Source: Candidatus Methanomethylicia archaeon (lineage in GTDB: Archaea > Thermoproteota > Methanomethylicia > CALHIW01). From it: DNA of 40,214 nt. The notes beneath the pieces were generated by a model, which saw only the letters and a program-made list of their open reading frames with translations, did not search any database and was not told where the DNA came from. A program made the translations under genes and the position numbers. Below are positions 1 through 10,348 of this stretch, piece by piece; within the stretch, counting starts at the first letter, position 1; each line of letters starts with the position of its first letter. The stretch lies in contig JAWBQF010000024.1 in assembly GCA_038845975.1 (NCBI GenBank), positions 1 through 40,214 of the forward strand, read 5' to 3'.

Positions 1-489
1 CTAACAAACATAGCCAAAGAGCTACAATAAAAGCATACATATACAACACAATCATAAACCTATAAACACAAACCTAACACCAAAACAAAGAGCAAACACA
101 CAACAATAATTAAGCCACAAAGCTCAAATTAACAGAAAGCATAGATTCATTATGCTTTATCTTTAGAATCTAGAATAATAACTATTTTATTTTTAGGATT
201 TTACAGTAAGCAAATACATCGTTGATGTCCTTATATGTATAGGTTAACTAACTCCTACTGTGAAAGGATTTCATTGGGAACTCATGTAATTTTATCATTT
301 CCTTTTCATCCTCATCAAATTTGAAGTGTTGATTATCAAACACTAATTCGATCGATGAGAATTAGGTTTAAATATACTGAAAATCTCGTAATATTGAGGT
401 GCTAGAAGAGTTTAAAGTTTTTCACCTATATATTATGCATACTATACTTATTATGATATAGTAACATTAAATGTTATTATGACTAACAA

Positions 490-731
490 GGCTTTGTTGA
501 CTTAAGCATGTTTATTACCTATATTTTTGGTTTGTGTTTCTATGAATTCCTTAGCTTTATCTTTTTGTAATCCAGTTTGTTAGCTATACTATTGGTTTTA
601 TAAGATGGATACATGTTCACTATCACATTTATTCTCATGCATGGTATGTAGTTATCGAATAGTTTAATCCTTAATGTATTGTATGATTCTCTTCATTAAT
701 TCTAGTTAAACTATATCATGTTAACAAAGCC
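490..731. mobile_element. MITE (~242 bp) derived from the IS6-family element at 26064-26791
   Basis: Terminal inverted repeats GGCTTTGTTGAC (490) and GTTAACAAAGCC (ends 731). The body is colinear with ~26064-26310. No ORF. Confidence 0.8.
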
Positions 732-1006
732 AACAAATACCTGAGTAAAAAACATATATTCAACTAATAATTATAGTAGCCATAGCAATTATATTAGTTT
801 TCAAAATGTTAAACTTACTTTACAAACTTAAGCTATCAACTAAGTATACTTCATATTAAAATTCACATGGCCGATAAATTAAACTAATTTAAGAGTATGT
901 CTTAAATATAATATTAAAGTTTCGCACTTTATTATGTTTTAAAGCAGGCAATCAGTAGGAAATCATAATTTGTAAAACTCCAAGTAGTATTTAAGTATAA
1001 TGGTGG

Positions 1007-1786
1007 TTACGGCCATGGTCTAGCTAAAACTAGAGTTTCATTATACCCTAAATAAAATTTAATATATAACCCTAAACCAGTAAGCATAATGCATAATAGT
1101 GTAAACAGCATATCATGTAGGGTAAAGTTAAGCTCGTGAAAGTATGATCTTTTATTTGAATAGCCAAATGCTCTTGATTCCATGGCTTCAGCTATTTGAG
1201 CTGCCCTTCTAAATGAATTTATAAAAAGAGGTATAAGAATCGGCGTAAATCGTTTAATTCTAATAATAAAACTTCCGCTTTCAAGTTCAAGACCTCTAGA
1301 TCTTTGAGCGTCGATTATTGTTTGGGTTTCCTTAGCTAAAGTAGGGATAAATCTTAAAGCCATTGTGAATGCTAATGCATAATCGTATGGAACCTTAAGC
1401 TTTATCAATGCTCTTGCAAAGTTTTCAGGATAGGTTGTCATGAAAAAAATGGAAAATGCGGAAATTATTGTTAAAAACCTTAATGCTAACGAGCTAGATA
1501 AAGATAATGCATTTTCAGCTGGAAGTAAAAAGTAATTTAGTATAAATATCATTAGAACTATTATGAAGCTACCTTTCATTGATTTTAGCCATTCATTTAC
1601 AGCTTTTGCAATAATTACTAATGGGATTGTTGATATAAATAGAATTAACATAGGGTATAGTTCTGAAAATATTAAAGATAGGATAAGTACTGATACTATG
1701 TATATTAGTTTAGCTCTAGGATCAAGACCGTGTAAAACAGTATTATTTCTATTAAACTTAAAGCCTTGAACTATATTTAAACTCAT
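1007..1786 (-). CDS. ecfT: ECF transporter transmembrane component T
   Basis: N-terminal LDPRAK, hydrophobic helices, AQRSRG and AMESRAF coupling motifs; follows two ABC ATPases. Confidence 0.93.
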   Translation of the reverse strand: MSLNIVQGFKFNRNNTVLHGLDPRAKLIYIVSVLILSLIFSELYPMLILFISTIPLVIIAKAVNEWLKSMKGSFIIVLMIFILNYFLLPAENALSLSSSLALRFLTIISAFSIFFMTTYPENFARALIKLKVPYDYALAFTMALRFIPTLAKETQTIIDAQRSRGLELESGSFIIRIKRFTPILIPLFINSFRRAAQIAEAMESRAFGYSNKRSYFHELNFTLHDMLFTLLCIMLTGLGLYIKFYLGYNETLVLARPWP

Positions 1787-1790
1787 ACTG

Positions 1791-2627
1791 TTACCTCCTT
1801 ATAGCTCGTAAAAGTTCATCTCTCATTTCCCATACATACAATACATTTTTTGATACTATTGAATCAAACCTAGATGCAAGATAAGGAATTTGAGGTGGAA
1901 GAAGACGGGCCTTTAATAGAAGTTCAAAGTTTGTTAAAATATTCCTTGTGAGGTCATATGCAAGAACCTTACCTTGTGAAAGAATAATGGTTTTAGGAAA
2001 ATTCTCACATACAAATTCAATATCATGAGTTACAACAATAATAGTTTTACCTTGAATATGTAGGAGCCTAATTATTTCCGAAAGTTTTTGTTTCTGAGCG
2101 TAATCTTGACCGATAGTAGGTTCATCCATTACGATTATAGACGGGTCGTAAGAAAGAATAGATGCTATAGCAACTCTTTTACGTTCACCCCCACTAAGTG
2201 AAAATGGAGAGACTTTACGATATTCCCATAAATCAAGCATTTTTAAAATTTTTTCAACACGTAGTGAAATTATATGTTCTGGATAATTAAAATTTCTCAA
2301 TGCAAAGGATACCTCATCTTCAACTGTTTCAGCAAACAATTGATGATCTGGGTTTTGGAAAACTATTCCAACCTTTTTGGAAAGTTTAGCTACACTTGTA
2401 TTTTTGGTATTTTCCCCATATATGTAGACATTACCATGTGTTGGCTTAAGTAGACCATTTAAATGCTTTATAAGTGTTGTCTTACCAGCTCCGTTTTCAC
2501 CTAGAATAGCAATAACTTCTCCCTCATTAATACGCAAGTTAACCCCTCTTAGTATTGGCTCTAAGTCTGAATAGCTAAACCATACATCTTCAAATACGAT
2601 AACTGGATAATTAAGCTTAATTATCAT
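1791..2627 (-). CDS. ecfA2: ECF transporter ATPase
   Basis: Walker A GENGAGKT, FQNPDHQLF, LSGGE signature, DEPT Walker B. Confidence 0.92.
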   Translation of the reverse strand: MIIKLNYPVIVFEDVWFSYSDLEPILRGVNLRINEGEVIAILGENGAGKTTLIKHLNGLLKPTHGNVYIYGENTKNTSVAKLSKKVGIVFQNPDHQLFAETVEDEVSFALRNFNYPEHIISLRVEKILKMLDLWEYRKVSPFSLSGGERKRVAIASILSYDPSIIVMDEPTIGQDYAQKQKLSEIIRLLHIQGKTIIVVTHDIEFVCENFPKTIILSQGKVLAYDLTRNILTNFELLLKARLLPPQIPYLASRFDSIVSKNVLYVWEMRDELLRAIRR

Positions 2628-2631
2628 AATT

Positions 2632-3480
2632 TTATCTACTTAAAAGCTTTCTTAAGAGCAGTTCTGCCTCATCAATGTTGAGCGGAGGAAAATCGAGTTT
2701 AAGATTATTTAAAAGTAAATCTTCATATAGTAAAATTAACTTTGGAACCCCTATGCCGATAGCCTTTATGATGGGATTCGTAAAAACTTCACGTGGTCTA
2801 CCTTGAAGTATTATTTGTCCCTTATCCATAACAATAACTTTATCAGTAATTGAAGCTACCATATCAAGCCTATGTTCAACAAGAATTATAGTAAGATTTA
2901 ATCTCTTTCGAATACTAGATAAAGTATCAAACAGTACTTTACTACTTAATGGATCAAGATGAGCTGTCGGCTCATCAAGTACAAGTATTTTAGGTCTCAT
3001 AGCAAGGCATGCTGCAATAGCAACTTTCTGTTGTTCACCACCTGAAAGTTCATATGGAAATTTATGTCTTAAATGTTCAATTCCAAGAATACTTAGAACT
3101 TCATCTACCCTCTCTCTTATAATATCCCTTGGAAGATTAAGATTTTCAAGACCAAAAGCTATTTCATCTTCAACACTTAACATTATAAGTTGGTTTTCGG
3201 GATTTTGAAAAACCATACCTACTCTTTGAGCAAGTTTGCAAGTTTTGTTTTCAGCAATATTGAGACCATCAACAGTAAGTATTCCTTTGAGCTCCCCTTC
3301 ATAGAAGTGGGGAATTAAACCATTAAAACATCTACAGAGAGTTGTCTTACCACATCCACTTGGGCCAGTAATAAGTACAAATTCTCCAGGATAAATTTTA
3401 AGATTAATTGATTTAATTGCCCATCTTTCTTCACCAGAGTATCTAAATGATAAATTTAAAGCTTCAATAATTGGATTCAT
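2632..3480 (-). CDS. ecfA1: ECF transporter ATPase
   Basis: GPSGCGKT, NGLIPH, FQNPENQ, LSGGE, DEPT. Confidence 0.92.
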   Translation of the reverse strand: MNPIIEALNLSFRYSGEERWAIKSINLKIYPGEFVLITGPSGCGKTTLCRCFNGLIPHFYEGELKGILTVDGLNIAENKTCKLAQRVGMVFQNPENQLIMLSVEDEIAFGLENLNLPRDIIRERVDEVLSILGIEHLRHKFPYELSGGEQQKVAIAACLAMRPKILVLDEPTAHLDPLSSKVLFDTLSSIRKRLNLTIILVEHRLDMVASITDKVIVMDKGQIILQGRPREVFTNPIIKAIGIGVPKLILLYEDLLLNNLKLDFPPLNIDEAELLLRKLLSR

Positions 3481-4514
3481 TTATATTGATCCCTCTTTAT
3501 TAACTTTTCAATCGTTAAAACGCATAATTTCAAGATATTTTCGACATTATCACTAAAAACCTCAGCGCATGCTGCAAGATTATGTCCCCCACCATACCCA
3601 TTAAACATTCTGCCAATAGGGTCCATTAAATCTCTACTTAAACTTAAACTTGTATTTTCGTAAAATTTTTCACTACATCTAGCACAAATACGTATCTTAT
3701 CTTTATCTAATTTATTAGCTACAATTGCAACATCAGCTCCTAAACTAATAAGAATATTAGCTACTGATGATTCATAAGCTCCAATATACGTTGTAACAAC
3801 AATGTAGTTTTCAATTCTATTAATGCTAATTCTTTGACAGGCCTTTAAGCGAGCAATACGTTCAGAGTTGGATAATGGCTCATGTAGAAGCTCCAAAACA
3901 GCATTATAATTAACGCCTGCTTTTATAAGACTTAAAGTGGATTTAAAAGTTAATGGGGAAGCTCTCTGAAAACGGGATGTATCTGAAATTATTCCAGCAA
4001 TTAAAAGAGAGCCCACTTCTAATGGAATATTTACATTAAGCTCTTCATAAATTTTAACGATTATCTCTGAACATGATTGAGCTGTCGGGTCACATATAGT
4101 TATCAATGCATTTTCAACAATATCATTATCTAATGAGTGATGGTCAATAATTATCAAGTCTTTATTTAAATGTAAAATTTTACTAGAATATTGAGCAAGC
4201 ATACCTAAAGAAGCAGTATCCACAATTACTATAGTTTTAAAGTCTTCAAGATTAAAGCTTTCAAAACTAACCTCAACATTAAACTTTTCAGCTATACGTT
4301 TAGCAGTAAGATTTAGACCGTTAGGAAAAACCATTTTTACATTTGCATTAGGTTTAATCAGCTTTATTAATCGATAAATAGCATATACGCTAGCAAGAGC
4401 ATCAACATCAGCATACTTATGGGTAAGAATAACTATAGATGAGAAAGAATATTTACAGAACTTAAATAATTCCTCATTAAGATCCTTTAAGAATTTTTGA
4501 GAGTTCACGGTCAA
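3477..4514 (-). CDS. DHH/DHHA1 family phosphoesterase (NrnA-like)
   Basis: TH..AD.DA, VDT, IDHH, SDT motifs and C-terminal GGGH. Confidence 0.88.
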   Translation of the reverse strand: MTVNSQKFLKDLNEELFKFCKYSFSSIVILTHKYADVDALASVYAIYRLIKLIKPNANVKMVFPNGLNLTAKRIAEKFNVEVSFESFNLEDFKTIVIVDTASLGMLAQYSSKILHLNKDLIIIDHHSLDNDIVENALITICDPTAQSCSEIIVKIYEELNVNIPLEVGSLLIAGIISDTSRFQRASPLTFKSTLSLIKAGVNYNAVLELLHEPLSNSERIARLKACQRISINRIENYIVVTTYIGAYESSVANILISLGADVAIVANKLDKDKIRICARCSEKFYENTSLSLSRDLMDPIGRMFNGYGGGHNLAACAEVFSDNVENILKLCVLTIEKLIKRDQYK

Positions 4515-4767
4515 TCACTTGAAAACCCATACTAATACTCTCATCAATAATATTGTTAATATTAACATTCATTGACCAACCTAGATTAATATCAACAGAT
4601 ACATCAAATGTAAGTTCATCATTTCTTAGTACCTCAATAGATACATCAATGTTTACAGCATTATTTACCCCAATATGTTCACTAATAAAATTTATAATAG
4701 CATCATATGCCTTGGATGCTATATTAGCTATTTCATCATCAGATAATTCAGTAGCTCTCTTAACCAT
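4477..4767 (-). CDS. small acidic protein, probably DUF3194-like (usually follows prefoldin beta)
   Basis: 96 aa alpha/beta pattern, position directly after pfdB, overlap with DHH gene. Family assignment rests mainly on synteny. Confidence 0.55.
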   Translation of the reverse strand: MVKRATELSDDEIANIASKAYDAIINFISEHIGVNNAVNIDVSIEVLRNDELTFDVSVDINLGWSMNVNINNIIDESISMGFQVIDRELSKILKGS

Positions 4768-4780
4768 AGCTTTATCATTC

Positions 4781-5161
4781 TTATTCAGACCCTGAAGACT
4801 TACCTAATGATAGAAATTTTAGATCAGTAGTCAAATCTTTTTGGAGCTCTTGAATTTGAGCACGAGCTACACTTTCCTGTCTAGCTAAAGTCTTAATATG
4901 AAGTTCAAGAGTGTCTTTTTTATCGTTTAATTCACTTAAAATTTTATCTCTGGGAACTCTTACTAGAACATAACCCGTAGATTTATATACGGGAGTTTCA
5001 TCAGATATATTACTAAGTTCAGCTATTGCTTCTTGAACTTCATGAAGTTCATTTTCATATTGACTTTTACGTATAGTAATGACCTTTAATCTTTCCTGGA
5101 GATCTTGAAGACGTAATAGTTTATGTTGGGTTTCTACTGGTAGTTCCTCAATACTACTCAA
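4781..5161 (-). CDS. pfdB: prefoldin beta subunit
   Basis: Coiled coils flanking the VYKSTGYVLV beta hairpin; TTG start preceded by SD GAGGTGAGG. Confidence 0.92.
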   Translation of the reverse strand: MSSIEELPVETQHKLLRLQDLQERLKVITIRKSQYENELHEVQEAIAELSNISDETPVYKSTGYVLVRVPRDKILSELNDKKDTLELHIKTLARQESVARAQIQELQKDLTTDLKFLSLGKSSGSE

Positions 5162-6689
5162 CTACCTCACCTCTTAACTCGATTATTAGCCCTAATTAAT
5201 AAATCTTAAGTAGCAAACTTAAACTTTTTGCATATACTTGTCGATATCATAACAGCATCAATATAGTTACTAATGATTTCAGTAACGATTAGATACTGTG
5301 AATTCTAGATCAACTTTAGCATTAGCAGTTTTTGAATATATGTTTAATTCTTTTCAGTATTCAAAAAGACTTTTTATTTCTTCTATTAATATCCATAGCA
5401 ATTAGTTGCTTTACCTAAATTTCTATAATCTTCAATTAATCTTCTTTAACCTTATTAAGCACTAACTCACAAAAATAAGAGAACAACTTCATAAATAGTA
5501 GAGAGTAGTTTTTATGCTAATATGATTTGCTTTAAACATTACATCAATAATATCAAGCTAGTATAGTATTTCAGACAACTAAAAAGATATTATACTTGTT
5601 AACATGTTTATAAATATAAACTTCCATTTCAAAAACAAGTAAAACTTAAAATTATAAATGCTTAAGTTTATTTCATGTAGGACGTGGAAATATAATTATT
5701 TTAGGTCCTTAACTCTTATATTTCTCTGCTGTATATTGTTTATGAGGTTAGGGTTCTTATTGATCGATGAAGAGGTAATCTCTTTGCATGTTTTCATGAA
5801 AAAGCAAGAATATTTAAAGTATAGGAGAACTTAGCAATAACTATGAATTGTTTGATTAAGCAATGAGATAGAAAAATCATAGTTAAGCGGCATTAAAATA
5901 TCTAAGCTATTTGATATCTCTTAGATTGAAGTATTGATTACTATATGGAACACTCAACAAGAATTCTATATATAAGATAAATAAAAGCTACACATGAAAG
6001 ATATTAATGAGGTACAAGAATAGTCTATAAAAGACTTAAAGAGTTATTTAAAGCCTAAATCCAGAATGCAATAAGAAGATGAAAAGATAAGAATTCTTAA
6101 AGAAGATAATTTTAAAGATAAGCTTGAATTGAACATATTCAATAATAACTTTAAAGTGTATACCTAAGGGCATAATGGAGATAAAACATTTGAGAGAAAT
6201 AAGAGATTAACATATTCATAACAAGTTATATTCAATGAAATAAAAAGATAATATTTAACATTTGATAGAAGGAAGAATATAAAATTCGAGAAGTACATAA
6301 ACCATATATTAAGTAATAATTGTAATAGATAATTCAAACACATAATTAGAGAAAAAATGAAGTTCCTTAAATAAACATGAAATATTTAGAGCTATTCTAT
6401 TATTAGAATGCTTACTACACTAACAAGCATACAATAGAGCATTGAGATACACGATATACTTAACAAACACTGCGAGAACTTCAATGAACTAAAAAGAATA
6501 ACAGAAAACGATCAGCAGCTAAAGGTTGTTAGAAGAATGATAAAATTATACTCCTAGAATATAGCAAAAATAGACTTAACTTAAACTTAGCATTTAGGAG
6601 AAGCTACAATATATTATTAAGTTGTCATAATCTTAACTTAAAAGAAAATAATTTAATGCTCTTTAATGAGGTTGCTGTGGTTGTTAGTT

Positions 6690-7649
6690 TGTAGATTGTT
6701 TTAGAATTTCTGTTATTGTTTCAGTTGGGTTTGTTCTTCTTAATTTTCTACATGTTTAAATGCTGTTAGGTATGGGATTATATTACATATTTCTCTATGT
6801 ATTGTTAGCTATTGTCTTAGTATTGATGCCTTATTCTTATAATTATTTACATGGCATTTATCTTTAATCCATTCACCATCTGAATGGTCTACGTATTCAT
6901 GAATATATCCTAGCTTGCTTAAGCCCATGTACAAGTTGAAGCTATCCATGTATATCGTTGAGCTCTTCTCAACCCGTCTACCTAAGATCTTAAGAGCTGC
7001 TTGGATTCAACATTGCTTAATGGAACATAATCCCCTGCTCCTACCAGCGATTATGAATACGTTGGCTTATCGTAACTCCATAACCCACGTCTTCTCATAC
7101 TCCAGTCTTGATGGTGTTTACTATTCTAGGTTTGGTCTTATAAGATATCTCTGTAAGGATTGCTGGTTTAATGATCAGACTGAAACAGCCCTCCACTATT
7201 CTAGACCTAGCCTTAGAGAATGACCTCCCTCCTAAACCATGAAGCTTATATAATTCACCTCATGATTTAAGCTTGCTTCCAGATAAGAGCCCAATGACTA
7301 TCTTTAGGGCTTTAAAGAAGCTCATGTTAAGAATTAGAAGTAAGATTGATAAAATTAAGTTTAAGAGAGCTATTAAGGTTGATGAACTATACGTTAACGC
7401 TTAATTGAAGGGTAGGAATAATGTTGAGCTCTTTCTAACTTCCACGTTTCCTTAAGATATCTCTTAAGGCCATCTTTATAATTCCCATGACCATTAACTC
7501 TACTAGAATATATCTGGAACAGTAAACATCATTAACCCATACCTAACAGTCCTAAACAATATAGAGCAAACAAGCTCACTAGAAAGAAAACCGAGAACAT
7601 TCATAGAAAACATCAGAAAGCAGTCACAAAAACCTTATTGAATAGTGCC
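6690..7649. mobile_element. scrambled IS1595-family transposase remnants
   Basis: Minus ~7100-6740: RRRG..DKP, VEKSSTIYMDSF, GYIHEYVDHSDGEW, CHVNN. Plus ~7105-7420: RYLCKDC.FNDQT and KVDELYVNA*LKGRNN. Minus 7649-7450: end GGCACTATTCAATAAGG and Zn-ribbon remnant. Many stops and frameshifts. Confidence 0.75.
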
Positions 7650-7680
7650 ATTTAAAAGCATTAATATTTTAATCATCAAG

Positions 7681-7738
7681 GGCTCAGTACTCAAGATCTA
7701 AATCATCAACATCATCAGGGTTGGAATAATCATCGCCT
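7681..7738 (-). ncRNA. box C/D guide sRNA (predicted target C34 of tRNA-Leu(CAA))
   Basis: Minus strand reads G-GCGATGA (C)-TTATTCCAACC-CTGA (D')-TGATGT-TGATGA (C')-TTTAGATCTTGAGTA-CTGA (D)-GCC, ~58 nt. TTTTTATG lies ~25 nt upstream. Confidence 0.82.
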
Positions 7739-7770
7739 ATATTTTAGAACGGGTAAACATAAAAACTTAG

Positions 7771-8160
7771 CTACAGAAAACCTTTTCTTTTAAGCGATTT
7801 AATAACTCTTTTAATTTCATCAACATTATCCTCGCCAATGAGTTTAGCAACATCTGTAGGTCTAAGATTAGGGCTTCTTTGTAGAACTTCTAAAACTTTA
7901 CGTTCAATAGAGCTCATAGATTCAAGTATTGAAGATGATGGATGAATAAGTATGTATAGTATAGCGCTGCCAGAAACAACAGCAACCTTAGATTTTTTAT
8001 CCAAATTATCAACAACATCTTCTAATATCATGTTAAAGTAGTCTGTATCGATAGATGTTAATGTTCCTCTCATAACACGTCCATCAACAAGATATACTTC
8101 AACAATATTGCCGATAAGCTTTCTGAGTCTCATTGAAAATCTAGATGTAGATCGACGCAT
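7771..8160 (-). CDS. Lsm/Sm-domain protein with C-terminal winged helix-turn-helix
   Basis: Sm1-like LIGNIVEVYLVDGRVMRGTLTSID..FNMILEDV and Sm2-like VVSGSAILYI, then IERKVLEVLQ..PNLRPTDVAKLIG..VDEIKRVIKSLKRKGFL. Start moved from track 8211 to ATG 8160 because TTTTTATA lies ~30 nt upstream. Confidence 0.8.
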   Translation of the reverse strand: MRRSTSRFSMRLRKLIGNIVEVYLVDGRVMRGTLTSIDTDYFNMILEDVVDNLDKKSKVAVVSGSAILYILIHPSSSILESMSSIERKVLEVLQRSPNLRPTDVAKLIGEDNVDEIKRVIKSLKRKGFL

Positions 8161-8339
8161 ATTAGACACTAAACATATCAGAGAGCTTCCAATATAAAAA
8201 TTTTTATACATAAAGTTCTTAAGATTTTTCTTTATTGTTTTGCAAGTAGCTCTATACCTGCTTGGTTGAAGCTATATTTTAGCATTTAAAAATAGATTTT
8301 CCTCTTCATCCAAATAAGTATCAAAGATTGTAGTTAGTA

Positions 8340-8776
8340 TATGCTCTATGAGGTAGATTGTTTATGTTGCATTTAAACTATTGTTAAGGAGGATTCTATA
8401 TGTATGGGTTTGTGAGTTGCAGCATATTTACATCCTTAATATTCATTAAGAAAATTAGAGCTCTCTACGGTTCTAACATAATTGTATTAAGTGATGGTAC
8501 TCATTATTATAGTCATGTAGAATATTGAATTTAAACATGAAGTATATAGTTTAGAAGTTAGTTAATGGAGAGGATCATACAGTATGTTAAGGATAGAACT
8601 AGAGTATTCGATAACTACATACCGTGTATGAAGGATAAATGTGATAGTGAACATGTATCCATCTTATAAAACCAATAGTATAGCTAACAAACTGGATTAC
8701 AAAAAGATAAAGCCAAGAATTCATAGAAACACAAACCAAAAATATAGGTAATAAACATGCTTAAGTTAACAAAGCC
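8340..8776 (+). mobile_element. 3' half of IS6-family element (pseudogene)
   Basis: Homologous to the reverse complement of ~26064-26520; encodes LSDG and MERIIQYVKDRTRVFDNYIPC..KCD.EHV; ends in TIR AAGTTAACAAAGCC. Confidence 0.8.
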
Positions 8777-8805
8777 GTTGATGTTTGAATCTATAGCTTA
8801 CCTTA

Positions 8806-9105
8806 TTAATATCTATCATTAACTTTATATTCACTAGAATCAATTCTATTTAAAGATTCAAATACTCTACTAAGCAAGATATTAACAGGGTTGTTTTTAT
8901 CTATTTTAAAGATTCTGATTTTACCAAATCTCTTCTCCTTAACTAATCCAGCCTCTACAAGCTTTCCTAAGTGGTACACTACTGCTGAATAGTTAAGAGC
9001 ACATTTATGCATTATAGCTGAAATATTAAGTTCCTCCTGCTCTAAAAGTAATTTTAAAATCCTAACTCTACCTCTTGATGATAATATATCCTCAATGCTT
9101 ATCAA
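8806..9105 (-). CDS. ArsR-like winged-helix DNA-binding protein
   Basis: RVRILKLL, ELNISAI, YHLGKLVEAGLV..KRFGKIRIF wing; overlaps the cdc6 stop. Confidence 0.82.
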   Translation of the reverse strand: MISIEDILSSRGRVRILKLLLEQEELNISAIMHKCALNYSAVVYHLGKLVEAGLVKEKRFGKIRIFKIDKNNPVNILLSRVFESLNRIDSSEYKVNDRY

Positions 9106-10348
9106 GACGTCTTCCTCTTGTAACTTGTTTATTTACTTCATTCGTAATTATTTTAATCAGCTCTTTTTCAATTGCTTCTGCTGGAGCATCTACAAGACCT
9201 ATTAAAGTTGTTTTTCCACGGTAACCTGAACCTGAAATCTTAGTGTTTATTACTCCAATATTTTTAAGATTTTGAATATACATATATACTTGTGTATGTT
9301 TTCTTGGGTCTTGGCTCCATAAAGCACATAATTGTATGTATTCATCTTCTACTTCACCCATAGTAATGTACGCTGTTTGCTTTTTTCTAAGTGCTTTAGC
9401 TACCGAAAGTAAAATTAGTTTTTCATGCAATTGTAAGTTTTGAATATCTTCAATGCTTATCGTTCCTTCAGCCCTGGCCATTCTAACATGTTCTGGAAGT
9501 ACCCTAATAGCATTTAATCTTTCAGCTATTTTTGCTGCTTTCCACAGTAATCCAAGAGCATAACGAGCATCACCACGATGTCCACTTTCATAGGGGGCTG
9601 AAACCATGTCAGATATTAACTCAATAGCCTCTTCAGAAACTACTCCAGGATAGAATGTTTCAATAATCCTAGCATTCAATATATCTCTTAGTTGTGTTGA
9701 TGTGTATGGTTCAAATCTAATCGTATTATGTAATAATGTACTTACAGTAGTTTTATCAAGCTCGTATAAGATATTTGTTTTTCTTGATATCAGTATAATG
9801 CTTATTCTCTGTGGTTCATTAAGTTTTTCATCTGCAAGTCTAATTAAGTCATAAATAAGATCTTCCCCACTTTTAGGTATTAAAAAATCAGCCTCATCAA
9901 GGGTTATTATAGCATGCATTGTATGGGAATTTAAATAGTCATGGATCATAGCAAGCAATTCAAAGGGTGAAAATCCTCTTTTAGGTAATTCAGGACATAT
10001 TTCCTGAACCATTTTACGAGTAATAAGGAAAAGCGTTCTATCTTTATGACAATTTATGTGAATGTATTTAAGCTTTAAACCCTTATGTGTTGCATAATCA
10101 ATTACTGATTGACCGAAGCGTTTTGCAACAGCAGTTTTTCCAGTTCCAGTTTCACCCGTTAGCATAGCTTTCTGAAAGGTTTTTCCCTTTGTTTCTATAA
10201 CAATTTTAAAAATTTCAGCTAATCTTCGTAAATGTTCCTCTCTATGTGGGAGAGATGGTGGAACATACTCTGGAAGAAGTTTACTCTCATCTTTTATAAG
10301 CCGTTTCAATGTAAATACGTCCTCAATAATTTTATACATACGATACAC
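9092..10348 (-). CDS. cdc6: Orc1/Cdc6 AAA+ protein (Orc1-2-like by its C-terminal wing)
   Basis: YVPPSLPHREE, Walker A GETGTGKT, HINC, LDEAD, FEPY, GDAR sensor 2, wHTH with SGSGYRGKTTLI. Confidence 0.95.
   Translation of the reverse strand: MYRMYKIIEDVFTLKRLIKDESKLLPEYVPPSLPHREEHLRRLAEIFKIVIETKGKTFQKAMLTGETGTGKTAVAKRFGQSVIDYATHKGLKLKYIHINCHKDRTLFLITRKMVQEICPELPKRGFSPFELLAMIHDYLNSHTMHAIITLDEADFLIPKSGEDLIYDLIRLADEKLNEPQRISIILISRKTNILYELDKTTVSTLLHNTIRFEPYTSTQLRDILNARIIETFYPGVVSEEAIELISDMVSAPYESGHRGDARYALGLLWKAAKIAERLNAIRVLPEHVRMARAEGTISIEDIQNLQLHEKLILLSVAKALRKKQTAYITMGEVEDEYIQLCALWSQDPRKHTQVYMYIQNLKNIGVINTKISGSGYRGKTTLIGLVDAPAEAIEKELIKIITNEVNKQVTRGRRLDKH

Noticed and set aside
6915-7223. 102-aa ORF as a real gene
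   Set aside because: Chimeric frame: antisense of the IS1595 C-terminal part joined to an N-terminal transposase fragment.
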